Assembly (NCBI GenBank): GCA_035416745.1
Contig: DAOLNV010000002.1
Span: 111,250-175,249, forward strand
DNA: 64,000 nt
Reading direction: 5' to 3'
Origin: Candidatus Hydrogenedentota bacterium
GTDB lineage: Bacteria; Hydrogenedentota; Hydrogenedentia; Hydrogenedentales; SLHB01
A program made the position numbers and the translations under genes. The notes below the pieces were generated by a model. That model saw nothing but the letters and a program-made list of their open reading frames with translations, was not told the origin of the DNA and searched no databases. This document shows, in pieces, positions 30,301-40,636 of this stretch (positions are counted from its first letter, which is position 1; each line of letters begins with the position of its first letter).

Positions 30301-31313
30301 GCATCTTGGGACTCGAGAACAACTGGGTCGGCACCCTGGCGGATAACACTGGGGTGGACGACACGTGGACACTTTGGAGCCAGCTCGAGTCCGCCCACCC
30401 GGAACTCGAGGAGAACTGGCGCTGGCAACTGCTGCTTCTCAGGGCATACTACGACCGGTATATCCGCGCACGGCTTACGAATGAAACCGCGCTTGAGGAG
30501 AACGCGTACGGGGCCTTGGCCACAGGCGGCAGCGTGGGCGCCAACGCGGCCATGGACAGCGCGGCAGCTTTCCTTGCCCAGCCGGACACCGCGCCGGTTC
30601 AGGCCGCTCTGCGCACCCGCATCGAAGACCTGTGTGAGGCTCTGTTCGAGTCGATCGGGCTACAGACAAGCGTTTCCTCCCCGTACGTTGCCGCGGGGCT
30701 GGAGCGGGGCGCCATACTGGACACCGTGGACTGGCCCGTGAACAACCGCTGGTGGCTTGAGAACCGTTTCGCCGCCATACGCGCCCTTGCTACGGAGCAA
30801 GAGAAACTGGCTGCAATAAACGTGATTCTGAACTGGGAGAATCCTGGAGCAGGCGGGTATTACGACGACTTGGGGAACGCGGCGAAGCAACCGCACCTGG
30901 TCCAGCAGCTTCCTTGGGCTGAGGACCCTGGCCGCGTCAGTTCCACCCAGAACGAGTTTGCGTGGCACGGCGGCGATTCGAGCGACCCGCAAAAGGGCGG
31001 CGGCAGGCTCTCCTGGCAATCCAGCGCAACCACGCTGTTTAACACGCCTCTCGAGGTGGAATACACAGGATTGGACACCAGCGCGGGATACATCCTGCGA
31101 GTGCTGTACGCGGGCCGGTTCCGGCCGTCAATGACGTTGACAGCCAACCAAGGCTATCTGGTTCACCCTGCCCTTGAGCAACCACCCCAGCCCACCGTGC
31201 TCGAATACGCGTTGCCCAAGGCGGTGACCGCAAGTGGCACACTGCGGCTCCGGTGGGACCTGGTGAGCGGGCGGGGCTGTCAGGTGGCGGAGCTCTGGCT
31301 TGTGAAGGAGTGA
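27372..31313 (+). CDS. Large lipoprotein/secreted protein with about 4 PKD repeats, one PASTA domain and a C-terminal glycoside-hydrolase-like module (GH20b-like subdomain + TIM barrel, GH20/67/115-like).
   Basis: It has a lipobox signal (...IFVGC). Four PKD repeats match at both DNA and protein level (WxFGDG...HxY...G.Y.V.LTV). The PASTA-like segment is VPSVEGLPQAAAESAIRAAGLVVGAVTQAHSRTVPLGSVISQDPAAGTLVRPGSAVALVVSAG. The GH20b-like segment is GADPRGVLYGVGKLLRSL. It is 1313 aa. Confidence 0.8.
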   Translation: MRSRLLSTACVAVLSVVCAAIFVGCPAGQNASVALIVSPTSLDFGTSETSLTFEVRKNYTSVPLGQFRVSSGNAWVAVSPETGTSTGPDDPVTITVTLDRNLMNVGSNTGTINVTAEGVSRVQVLVQATRQLGASFSVSSNTAFTDEELQFTDHSQVVADAPAIVSWLWEFGDGASSTEQNPRHAYASEGSYDVSLTVSNDNETAMLTRRGYVLVSAKRPPSAEFAADPVNTSPGVSVQFTSLSSPGTSAITSYAWDFGDGGSSAAENPVHAYSSIGTYSVSLTVQTAHGQDTVTKQNYITVEPVAPEAAFSAVSREPVPGPSGAVVVFQDESIAGTFPIVEWFWEFGDGSTSTETDPQHAYQELGVFTVSLTVTSENGQTDTETKENYITVVPVQVPSVEGLPQAAAESAIRAAGLVVGAVTQAHSRTVPLGSVISQDPAAGTLVRPGSAVALVVSAGVSPADFSAVRTLGEPPLTVSFQTLSENPDTPIRSWLWNFGDGTSGTDQYPVHVYTRPGGYTVSLTVATAAGTFTAVREGYVQVANADTPATGAIDLTNAVLALNPGPLQTAEDKAAAALVEEVQSRTGLLWPAVDTWPDSGTVIALTAQPEHPALSAEGYHLFVEARTTGPTVVWAIGADPRGVLYGVGKLLRSLDWTTGAATLPAAPNITTAPAFPLRGHQIGYRNTANSYDAWDVARYEQYIRELVLFGANAIENIPFEPADNSVHFSIPPAEMAASLSQLCQDYDIEYWVWTPADFDLQDPVQRAAGLAEQEQLYKDCVRIDGVFVPGGDPGSNSPDLVMAFLEDLAELLHEGHPDAGVWVSNQGFEHAQNDWFFNYLDRERPDWLAGVVFGPWTKHSLAEQRMRTPAQYPIRHYPDICHNVRCQYPVDQWDEALAHTLNREAPNPRPAEFAHVHNWTAPDTTGFLSYSDGITDDVNKIVWTMRGWDPAISVEEILTDYARFFFGPEAADTAVDGILGLENNWVGTLADNTGVDDTWTLWSQLESAHPELEENWRWQLLLLRAYYDRYIRARLTNETALEENAYGALATGGSVGANAAMDSAAAFLAQPDTAPVQAALRTRIEDLCEALFESIGLQTSVSSPYVAAGLERGAILDTVDWPVNNRWWLENRFAAIRALATEQEKLAAINVILNWENPGAGGYYDDLGNAAKQPHLVQQLPWAEDPGRVSSTQNEFAWHGGDSSDPQKGGGRLSWQSSATTLFNTPLEVEYTGLDTSAGYILRVLYAGRFRPSMTLTANQGYLVHPALEQPPQPTVLEYALPKAVTASGTLRLRWDLVSGRGCQVAELWLVKE

Positions 31314-31997
31314 CGATTCCGTGTGTCTTTGCAGGGAATTCCCACTTGGGGGCTGACAAGACGTAGGGAAGGTGGGATAGCGCGAAGACTTCGCCAATAA
31401 CCGCGGCGAAAGCGGCTTTGGTCCGGCGCAGGGCCCCTTTCCCCTGGGATAGGCTTCCGGCGCAGCTGGGGGTATGCTCGGGCACAAGCTCATCGGCCGT
31501 GCTGGACACCTATTCTCTCCCCTCTCCTACCCGAAGAGAGCATCCATTAGCAGCTTTTTGACTGAAACTCCGTCTCGCGGACCTGGAGCGAAAAACGTTA
31601 CTGCTTACCCGTTCGATAATTAAGTCACAAAAACTGAAGAAAATGATGGATATGAAAACGGTGAAATGTGTGATTAACAACGAAAACACCGATAAATGAG
31701 GATATTGACAATTTAGATGCCGTGTGATAGCTTGGCTTTCGGTATCGGGGGCTTTCAAAGAAACTCAAGCAAGTGTCGGGTTGGAGATACGGGAGGAAGG
31801 TTTTGTGTCGCCGGTCATGGAGACCGATTACCACAAGAGATGCGCACACACCGCGCTCCCTCCTGCACTCTCTTCGAAATCTCCATCCCGTCCCATCGAA
31901 AGGGGGTGATACGGAGGGCAAAGAACGGATTTCGCCTTGCGGCAGTTCCATGCGGGGTTCGAACAACAATTGCAGCTTAAAGACAAGGAATGTGGTT

Positions 31998-33395
31998 ATG
32001 ATGAACATTTCACGCGGTTCGAAGTGTTGGTCACGTTGCATTGTGTTCGTGGGAGTAATGCTGGCGGTTGCAGTGATGAGTCCGCCGGCCGGGGCGGTGA
32101 ATTACAACTCAAGCACCGCGATCATGGTTTACATTCATGGCTTCGACAATGACGGTTGGACCTACACGACTGAATTTGGCAACGATTCGACCATTGACGA
32201 CATCGCCGGGCCTGTCAGCCAGATCGCGGCGTTTACGGGCCGTCCCACCAACATCGCGAATCCAACCGCGCCCAATCAGGTGTGCGGCGCCACGTACTAC
32301 GGAACGGTTCCTCCGCCCTGGTACACGGCCGATGACATCGCGGCGGATAACGCAGCCCCGCAGAGGGTGCCGAAGTACGCGTTGCGCATGGCCAAGTACA
32401 TCAAGCACGTGATCACACGCTCGGGCGCTACGTCGGCAATCATCCTGTCGGGCAGTTTCGGCACGGAAATCACGCGCTACATGATCGAGCACAATCTGTG
32501 CAATCTGGCGAGCGATCAGCTTGTCTCCCGCTGGATGCCGATCGTGGGCGTATTGTGCGGCAACTGGGCGGCCAGCAGTCTCCCGTACAACGATTTGGCG
32601 TGGATCTTCGGTGAGAACCCCTCCCCCGACATCGACGATATGCAATATGACTGGGTGAGCGCCAACATCTCGGCCAACGAAACGATGAACTCGGCGTATT
32701 ACGGGCCGATCATCATTAACCAGTTTGTGGCCACCGCGGACGGCGACGGCTATATCACGGCGCTGTGCAACCAACCCAACGACGGGACAAACAACGTCGA
32801 TGACTGCAAGTTTCACGGGTACACAACGTCCGCGGCGCTGCATGCGGCCACCGACGGCACCCTGCAGATGCCGGGACTCGCGTACTACCCGACCGTTCAC
32901 ACGGGCATCGTTGATCATATGGGCATGTGGGCCGGCGTCGTGTCCGCCGCGGAAAACAACATCCGCGTCACGATTACGCTCACAAGCTTCTATGCTAAGG
33001 TGAATGGAGACCTGTTCGGCGACAGCGAATGGATTTTCTCGGCCCGCACGACTTCTCCCCGGGCAGCCACGTTGTGGGGGGTTACGGTTCCGATGTCCGA
33101 TTTGAACGCGGATGACGGCGTGTCCATCAAGCTCGAGATGAAGAAGGGCAAGACGAAGTACCCGAATTGGACGGTGTTCGACATGATCATCCCGCCCGGC
33201 GAAACGCAGCTCAATTTCGCGTTCAATCCTTATGAAATCGACTTCTATAACAAGTTCTACGATGAGTACGAAATCGGCTCGACGAAGAACATGGGCCTTA
33301 CCACGGCGACCCTTACTGGCAGCACTTCGACGTTTACGCTGAGCAACAGCAACTATACCGCTGTGTTCAGCGTGGCCATCAAGGCCGTCTACTGA
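31998..33395 (+). CDS. Secreted alpha/beta-hydrolase (lipase class 2/esterase-like) with a C-terminal beta-rich domain.
   Basis: The ATG ATG at 31998 comes after an AAGGAA RBS. It has a signal peptide (CWSRCIVFVGVMLAVAVMSPPAGA). IMVYIHGFDNDGW and AIILSGSFGTE resemble the Bacillus LipA VMVHGIGG / VDIVAHSMGG nucleophile elbow (AxSxG variant). The gene is lower-GC than its neighbours and has an AT-rich upstream region. Confidence 0.65.
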   Translation: MMNISRGSKCWSRCIVFVGVMLAVAVMSPPAGAVNYNSSTAIMVYIHGFDNDGWTYTTEFGNDSTIDDIAGPVSQIAAFTGRPTNIANPTAPNQVCGATYYGTVPPPWYTADDIAADNAAPQRVPKYALRMAKYIKHVITRSGATSAIILSGSFGTEITRYMIEHNLCNLASDQLVSRWMPIVGVLCGNWAASSLPYNDLAWIFGENPSPDIDDMQYDWVSANISANETMNSAYYGPIIINQFVATADGDGYITALCNQPNDGTNNVDDCKFHGYTTSAALHAATDGTLQMPGLAYYPTVHTGIVDHMGMWAGVVSAAENNIRVTITLTSFYAKVNGDLFGDSEWIFSARTTSPRAATLWGVTVPMSDLNADDGVSIKLEMKKGKTKYPNWTVFDMIIPPGETQLNFAFNPYEIDFYNKFYDEYEIGSTKNMGLTTATLTGSTSTFTLSNSNYTAVFSVAIKAVY

Positions 33396-33423
33396 GCCGC
33401 CGGAATCAGAAGACGCAAAGAGG

Positions 33424-33462
33424 CGAACCGTGCATTTCGGTGCATGGTTCGCTTCCTTTTTG
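33424..33462 (+). terminator. Putative Rho-independent terminator: a hairpin with a UUCG tetraloop followed by a T-run.
   Basis: CGAACCGTGCAT-TTCG-GTGCATGGTTCG is a ~10-bp interrupted stem with a TTCG loop, at 33424-33451. It is followed by CTTCCTTTTTG and lies 29 nt after the stop of the lipase-like gene. Confidence 0.4.
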
Positions 33463-33736
33463 TCACTGCTTGCCGCCGGCACATCGTTCAAACGGACGCG
33501 AGGACATGCGCATTTCACCTTCCGGGACATGGACGCCAAACACCCGTGTTTCCGGAAACCGCATCTGTGGTCTGGCATTCCCCGGCGCTCCCTGGCCCCA
33601 ATGACGGGACGCACGACGGCAAGGCGGAGCCGTCGGGGGATGATCGTGTTTCGGGCGATTGGCAAAAGGCTTCTGTTGACAGCGCTTCGCGTGGTCAAGG
33701 GATGGATTCGACAGGCGTCAGGGTTGCCGCAAGTCC

Positions 33737-36568
33737 CTATGTCCCATCTTTGACAGCCACAGGTTCCAGAGCAAGCAAGACGGGCTCCATCGGCAATACA
33801 GTCAACGGGAACGTGACTTCCTCGCGGTTGATCAAATCGACTGCGCGTTGAATCGGCGTTTCCGCGACGAGCCGCACAGGCCTTGACTCCCGGGTCACGT
33901 TCAGCACGCTTACCAACAACCGGCCGCGATGCTCCGCCGCCCGCACATTCACTCCCCAGACCGGTTCGCCGTATGGACCCACGAGCCGAAGGGGCCGTGC
34001 CGCGCACGCGGCGTCGAGCAGGCGGTCAATAACGTCGCGGTACGCTTGCGGCGTCAAGGGATCGGGGTAGTCAACCAGCCTCCCGCTCCCGGACTGGACA
34101 AGTCCTTGGCTCCGGACCCGGCCGTACTCGTCGTGCGTGAAGCAGGGTCCGACGGTCATGACCACGCCGCCGGCTCCGATGTACTCCTGGAACGCACTCA
34201 TGACTGCGTCGGGCGTATGCGCCGCCCGCGGCACGATCACGAGCTTGTACTGCGCCAGCGCACCGGCTTCGATTTGCCGTTCGGTGACGAAATCGCAAAC
34301 CGCCCCAGTGAAATACGTCCCCTCGAAGGCGGCCCGGGCTTCTTCGACATAGTCCATGGACGGCAGGAGGGAAGAGTATGCGTACAGGACCGCGAGCGGC
34401 GCCTTGGCGCGGCTCAGCGCGTAGACCTCGGGTGCGAGCCGGTTCAGGTCGAGCGCCACCCGGCCGAGTGCGCGGACGCAGTTGGCCCGCGTGAGGATGT
34501 TTTCGGCGAAATCCCCGTCTTGCGCGCGTTCCCACACCCAGGTGGTGGTGGCGCCCTGCCCGTGGAGCGCCTCGTGCCAGTACACGGTGCGGATGTAGGA
34601 TTCCGGCATGTAGCGCGCGTCCCCATCGGCGATCAGATGGTTCTCCGAGTTGAAGATGGGATTATCCGGCGCCGTACAGTGCTGGAGCGAGTAGTTCATG
34701 GCCATGTTGAGCCATTCGCATGCATATGGGCCCGGCTGCTCGCCGCGGAAGGCATACGTGCAATCGTTGCCGGCGATTCGGTCAATCTGGTTGAATCGTT
34801 CATAGTCGATGCCGACTTCGAACCGGCCAGGATCTTCGAAGGCATGCGACATGACCTTCGCATGCACCGGCAAGTCCGGAGCGTAGCGGTGAATGCGTTC
34901 GCGCAACATCTCATGAAACGCCAGGAACTGCTCCTGGTTGAAGCGGCAGGCGTCAAAGAACAGCCCGTACCCGCACGACGCGTCCTTGGGGAGCTCGACG
35001 TCTTCAAACTGGCGAAAACCGGTCCCATACGCATCGTTTGCCGCTTGGATGGGGCCCCATTTCTCCTTCAGCCAGGTCTGAAACAGGGCACGTTCATAGG
35101 CGCATTTGCCTTTGTATTGCGGCTCGTTGGAAAGGCAGATGCTGTGCAAAGCGGGATGTCCGGCTATCAGCGGCATCAACGCGTCCAGCCACTTTTCCAT
35201 CACGGGGCGCGTATTCGGCGCCTCGATGCAGAACTTGAGGAACCCTTCGCCGCAGAGTCCGTGCGCCGGGTCCGCGTCTTTCGCCCATTGCGGGAAATAG
35301 TGCGGCGAGATCAGGAGGTTCACCGCCACGTTGTGTTCCGCCGCTCGGTCTAACCATCGCACGACGTTTTCCCGGATGGCGTTGACGTCGACCGTAGACG
35401 AGTCCGGGAGGCCATTACTCGGCCCCATCTCGATCTGGATGATATTGAGCCCGTACTCGTTGAGGATGGGGATGTCGTTGCGGACCTGTCCAAAGTGGCC
35501 GACGCCGGTGAAATAGACCGGCCGGCCGTGCTGCCAGAATGCCCCGTCCCTGATCGTGACCGGCGCGGTTTCGTACCGGGGCGCGGAAAGGCCCGGCGCG
35601 GCATCCGACACAAGCAGTTCCGCTTCCCGAATCGCGCCGGCGCACACGCGGTCAAGGTACGCGGCCGCCTTCAATCCACGGAGTTGGTGGGTGAAATTGC
35701 TCGCGGCCAGATCGTCACGCACGTATTGGAGAAAGCTCTCGACGACGCGCGCATCGGCGGCCGGATACGCCATGTCGCGGCCGGCCGCGCGGCCCTGGCT
35801 GAGCCGCTCTTTGAGCGCGGCAAGCTGCCGCGCCGTCTGACCAAGGCGCTCTTCGAGGCCGGCGCGATCGCTCAACAGGATGTCGCGGGCAGCGGCCACC
35901 GAAGCGAGAAACGCATCAGGATTGCATGCCTGGTAGGCGGTCATGTCAAGCGCATGTATCGCCTCCTGCACCAGGACGCGCCAATGCGCCGCTTCCGGCC
36001 CGGGCACGTAGGCAGCGTCCTGCACTGCCGCGTCAAGGTCTTTTACGAGCGCGCGCAGCGCGTCCACCATAGCCTCGCTGGCGCTGCAGACCAGATACGT
36101 CTCGTACAGCTTGCCGTAACCGGCCCGGTTAACCGCTTGCAGCGCGACCGTAATGGTCTCGCCGGGTTGCGCGTTCTCCGTCAGAACAAAATCGCCGTTC
36201 GCCCATTCGAACTCCTGCCGGAACACGCCGTTTACATAGGCCTTGGCGCCGTTGTCGACGCCCGCCTTCATTCGTATGACAGCGCCTTTGGCGGGAATCC
36301 CGTTGACCTGCTCCGGCACGGTCACACGCACACGAAACCATCCCGTGGAATCGTGCGGCCGCCATTCGAACCCCAAGCCGGCGGCCTGCCACTGCGAATC
36401 GTCAAAACCAGCTTGTTCCGCTCCCGGCGCATCGCCCAAATGCCAGCGCCAGCCGAGAATGCGCGAGTCCAGCAATTGATCCAACTGCTCGCGCGTCACT
36501 TCCGCCAGGCTCGTTGGAGCGATGCCCAAGAGCAGGACCGCCGCGCACAGACACATTCGCTTTCCCAT
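33737..36568 (-). CDS. GH42-like beta-galactosidase-family glycoside hydrolase with an N-terminal sugar-binding extension. It has a signal peptide.
   Basis: The start MGKRMCLCAAVLLLGIAPTSLA is at 36568 (RBS AAGTAAGGGGA). The clan GH-A acid/base region is HSICLSNEPQY. The GH42 central-domain-like segment is YKLVIVPRAAHTPDAVMSAFQEYIGAGGVVMTVGP. The overlapping plus-strand ORFs are shadow. Confidence 0.75.
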   Translation of the reverse strand: MGKRMCLCAAVLLLGIAPTSLAEVTREQLDQLLDSRILGWRWHLGDAPGAEQAGFDDSQWQAAGLGFEWRPHDSTGWFRVRVTVPEQVNGIPAKGAVIRMKAGVDNGAKAYVNGVFRQEFEWANGDFVLTENAQPGETITVALQAVNRAGYGKLYETYLVCSASEAMVDALRALVKDLDAAVQDAAYVPGPEAAHWRVLVQEAIHALDMTAYQACNPDAFLASVAAARDILLSDRAGLEERLGQTARQLAALKERLSQGRAAGRDMAYPAADARVVESFLQYVRDDLAASNFTHQLRGLKAAAYLDRVCAGAIREAELLVSDAAPGLSAPRYETAPVTIRDGAFWQHGRPVYFTGVGHFGQVRNDIPILNEYGLNIIQIEMGPSNGLPDSSTVDVNAIRENVVRWLDRAAEHNVAVNLLISPHYFPQWAKDADPAHGLCGEGFLKFCIEAPNTRPVMEKWLDALMPLIAGHPALHSICLSNEPQYKGKCAYERALFQTWLKEKWGPIQAANDAYGTGFRQFEDVELPKDASCGYGLFFDACRFNQEQFLAFHEMLRERIHRYAPDLPVHAKVMSHAFEDPGRFEVGIDYERFNQIDRIAGNDCTYAFRGEQPGPYACEWLNMAMNYSLQHCTAPDNPIFNSENHLIADGDARYMPESYIRTVYWHEALHGQGATTTWVWERAQDGDFAENILTRANCVRALGRVALDLNRLAPEVYALSRAKAPLAVLYAYSSLLPSMDYVEEARAAFEGTYFTGAVCDFVTERQIEAGALAQYKLVIVPRAAHTPDAVMSAFQEYIGAGGVVMTVGPCFTHDEYGRVRSQGLVQSGSGRLVDYPDPLTPQAYRDVIDRLLDAACAARPLRLVGPYGEPVWGVNVRAAEHRGRLLVSVLNVTRESRPVRLVAETPIQRAVDLINREEVTFPLTVLPMEPVLLALEPVAVKDGT

Positions 36569-36821
36569 TTCGAATCCCCTTACTTTCCGCCGGATTCTAA
36601 TCCCATGGTCTTGAAAGCCGCAATCCGTCGCACTATGCACAGAGCGGGTGCAGCCGTGCCGCGGCGCGCCGCGATTCCGGCATACGGGCACATCTCGATA
36701 TGGCCGAATCCTTGATCAAGCCAGCGAGTATACGACAAAATGGTGCCGTTTCTCCGTCTATTGGCGCAAGGCTGGCACCTGCCGGGGGAATCCTCGGGCA
36801 AAATTTCCGGAAAGGATTGGC

Positions 36822-39800
36822 AATGAGACACGGAATGAGCGTCTTGAATGGGCTTGTCATTCTCACAATCTGTTTGGTTTGTCCGGTCACATACGGTGCG
36901 CCGGCCCCCCCGAACCCGGTGATATCCCTCGACGGGGAATGGCTGTTGGCAACCGATCCCGGAAACGTCGGGCAGGCGGAGAAGTGGTGGTCGTCGCCCC
37001 GGGCCGACGCCAAACCAACCAAGGTGCCATGGATTATCCAGGACGCCTTTCCCGGCTACCACGGGGTGGCCTGGTACTGGAGGAGCTTCGAGGCGCCCGT
37101 CAACCCGCATCCCAACGGCCGGACCCTGCTCCGCTTCTGGCAGGTGGACTACAAGGCCGACGTGTGGCTGAACGACACTCCCGCTGGCTCGCACGAAGGC
37201 GGGGAATCGGTGTTCATATTCGATGTGACAGACATCGTCAAGCCGGGCGAAACAAACCGCCTGGCCGTGCGGGTGCTTAACCCCACGCACGAGCCGATCG
37301 ATGGAATCGTGCTAAAAGAGACGGCGCACCGGAACAAGGCCCTCCCCTATTCGTCCGGCAGCGCCTGGGACCAGGGCGGCATCTGGGACTCGGTCGAACT
37401 GTTGCTCGTGCCCCAGGTCTGGATTGAGGACCTCTTCGTCCGGCCCGACTGGAAGACTGGCCAGATTCGGGTCCAGACCAATATACGTAACGCCGGGTCC
37501 GATACAGTCACGCCGCATCTTCAATTTGCGGTGGCGCCAGCCGCCAGCGGCGAAACGCTGGCCGTTGCCGGCCTCTCGCCCGAGGCGGCCGCCGGTGACA
37601 CGCTCGTCGAGACCACCCTGCACGTGGACCATCCGCATCTTTGGAACCTGAACGACCCGTTTCTCTACCGCGTGACCGCCCGGGTGTCCACGGCCCAGCC
37701 GCCGGAAAAGAATCCGCAACTGGGCGTCCACGAGCACTCGGTCCGCTGCGGCTTTCGCGACTTCCGTCTTGAGGACGGCTACTTCCGGCTGAACGGCAAA
37801 CGGCTCTACCTGCGATGCTCACACACGGGCAATTGTTGCCCCATTGGCCTCGAGATGCCGCACGACCCCGACTTTCTGCGGCGCGACCTGATCAATCAGA
37901 AGATGTTGGGGTACAACGCCATCCGGTTCATCTCGGGCGTGCCCAAACGATACCAGCTCGACATGGCCGACGAGATCGGCTTGATGGTTTATCCCGAGGC
38001 CTATGCGGCCTGGTGCCTGGCCGACTCGCCGAAGATGAAGGAGCGCTATAACGAATCGGTTTTCGGCATGGTCCGCCGGGACCGCAACCATCCCTGCATC
38101 ACGATGTGGGGGCTGCTGAATGAGACGCCTGACGGGCCGGTCCTTCGCCACGCCGTCAGTGTCCTGCCGGAACTGCGAAAGCTGGACGACTCGCGCGTCG
38201 TGCTGCTTAACAGCGGCAGTTGGCATTCTCACGGGGGTACCACGGCAGGCATCAGGGTATGGTCCCCGAACGACCGGGACAACCCGTGCGTTACGCTCAA
38301 CGGGACGGACCACGTCATCAAAGCGCTTGGCATCACGTGGCAGCCCGGACAAATGGCCTTCCATCCGGGCCGTGACGGAGAATATGCCGTGGTCCGCTGG
38401 ACCGCCCCGGCCGATGATACGGTCGATTTCTCGGCCGTATACAAGACCATCGCAGAAAAGGCCACCACCAGCGTGCATGTCCTGCACAACGGCAAGCCCC
38501 TATTCGAAAGCCTGATCAACCTCGAAGACAAGGGGCCCGAGTGCAGCTACTCCGCCTCTCTCGAAGTCCGGGCGGGCGATACGATCGACTCTGCCTGCGG
38601 CTGGGGAAACGGGGACTACGGCGCGGACACCACGGCGTTAACGGTCACGATCACGTCCGCCTCGGGCAAAGCCTGGAACGCCGAGAAAGATTTCTCGATC
38701 GAGCACAATCCCAACGGCGCGTGGAGCTACGGCGTCCTCCAGCCGGCTGACAAGCCCGCCGCCGGGAGTTTCGCCCTGTTTCCGTTCGGCAAGACGGAGG
38801 AAAGCATTGGATCCATCAGCAACCCGAATTCGAATGTCTGGGAAGACATCCTGAGCGACCAACACCCCTATCAGCGGGTGCCGCATACGGCCTCCGTCAT
38901 CCAGACCCTTCGCACGGTCAGCGGCAACGGCAAACCCGTGTTCATTTCGGAATGCGGCATCGGCAGCGCGATGGACCTGCTCAGAATCGTCCGAAAGTAC
39001 GAGCAGGCGGGCAAGACCGAGGTCGAGGACGCGCAGCTCTACCGAAGCTGGCGCGACCAGTACATGGCCGATTGGGAGCGGTATCGCCTCGCCGAGGTCT
39101 TCGACCGGCCCGAGGACTTTTTCCAGCAGAGCCTCGCGCGGATGGCCGGACAACGGCTGCTCAGCGTCAACGCGGTGCGCGCGAACCCGAACTGCATCGG
39201 CCATAGCCTGACCGGCACGGTCGACCAGGGCATGACCGGCGAGGGCGTGTGGACGACGTTCCGCGAGCTCAAACCGGGCGCCACGGATGCCCTGTTCGAC
39301 GCGTGGGCGCCGTTGCGGTGGTGCTTGTTCGTCGAGCCCGTGAACGTCTATCGCAACACGCCCGTCAAGTTGGAAGCTGTCTTGGCTAATGAAGACGCCC
39401 TGGCGCCGGGCGACTATCCCGTCCGTCTGCAGGTGGCCGGCCCGGACCTTGCCCGGGTCTTCGATAAGACGATCACCGTCACCATTGCCGATCCGGCCAG
39501 CAAGCCGGAGCCGCCGATGGTCATGCCGGTGTTCTCCGAGGATGTGGTCATCGACGGTCCTCCGGGGACCTATCGTTTCCTGGCCACGTTCGAGAAGGGC
39601 GCGGCCGCTTGCGGCGAGGAAGTCAAGTTCTTCGTCGACGTGGCGCCGGAGGATATGCCCAAGGTCGATACCGAAATCGTGCTGATGAGCCACGACAGCG
39701 AGCTGTCCGAGTGGCTCACACAGCGCGGCATCAAGAACCGTCCATACGCGCCGGGACAGCAGACCGCCCGCGAGGTGATCCTGGCATCGGGCGCGCCCAC

Positions 39801-40335
39801 TGCCGAGCCCGGCGTCGTTTTCAAGGACCTCGCACAGCGGATCGCGCGCGGTTCGACCGTCATCTTCCTGACGACGGACACGTACGCCAAGGAAAACGAA
39901 TCAACGGGCTGGCTGCCGCTCAGAACCAAGGGTAACGTGTCCGGCATCGCCCGGTGGCTCTATCACTCCGACGAGTGGTGCAAAAGCCACCCGATCTTCG
40001 AAGGCATGCAGGCGGGCGGTTTGATGGACTACAGCTATTACCGCGAACTGATCCCCGACGTGGTTTTCATGGGCATCGAGCCAGCCGCCGACCCGGTCGC
40101 TGGCGGGATCAATGCCTCGTGGGGCTACCAATCCGGCCTTATGGTTGCGGTATACAAGCTGGGCGCGGGCGAGTTCATCCTGAACTCGCTGCTCATTCGC
40201 GACAACTTGGGCCGGGTTCCGCAGGCTGAACGATTGCTCCGCAACATGCTCCGGTTCGCCGGTCGCGACGTGGCCCAGCCGCTGGCAGACCTGCCGGCTG
40301 GGTTCGACGAAGAGCTCAAAGCGATGGGCTACTGA
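36822..40335 (+). CDS. GH2-family glycoside hydrolase (beta-galactosidase/beta-mannosidase/beta-glucuronidase-like) with a long C-terminal extension.
   Basis: It has a signal peptide (MRHGMSVLNGLVILTICLVCPVTYGA). Its N-terminal jelly roll is followed by an Ig-like domain and a TIM barrel carrying the GH2 acid/base motif NHPCITMWGLLNE (compare LacZ NHPSVIIWSLGNE). It is about 1171 aa. Confidence 0.85.
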
Positions 40336-40636
40336 CGAAGAAAGCAGGCGATGGAGAATCCGAGCCACCCCGCGGCGGCGCGGCACTCGTGCCCCTCCGG
40401 GGCTGAGGAGGCGGTCATGGGCTACGGCCTGCCGCCCCTACGGGGCTCCGGAAGCCGCTTTCTTCACGCGCTGTTGTGGCGTGGTGTTCCTGGGAGCGCC
40501 GAGCGCCAGCTCTGCTCATTCCTACGACCAAAGCGTCCAAGAAACAATGATTCGCGGGCGAGTGCGCGCAACTTGTTCAATGGGCGGGCGGGAAAACCCG
40601 CCCTCCGTTGCGCCAGTCTTGTTGTGGCAGGGGCAG

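Noticed and set aside
31930-31975. tRNA-like GGTTCGAAC motif (gcggggttcgaacaacaa) in the AT-rich region upstream of the lipase-like gene
   Set aside because: The flanking sequence cannot form a T-stem (no complementary CCCGC after the loop). No acceptor or anticodon arms are recognisable. It is not a tRNA or a clear tRNA-derived att site.
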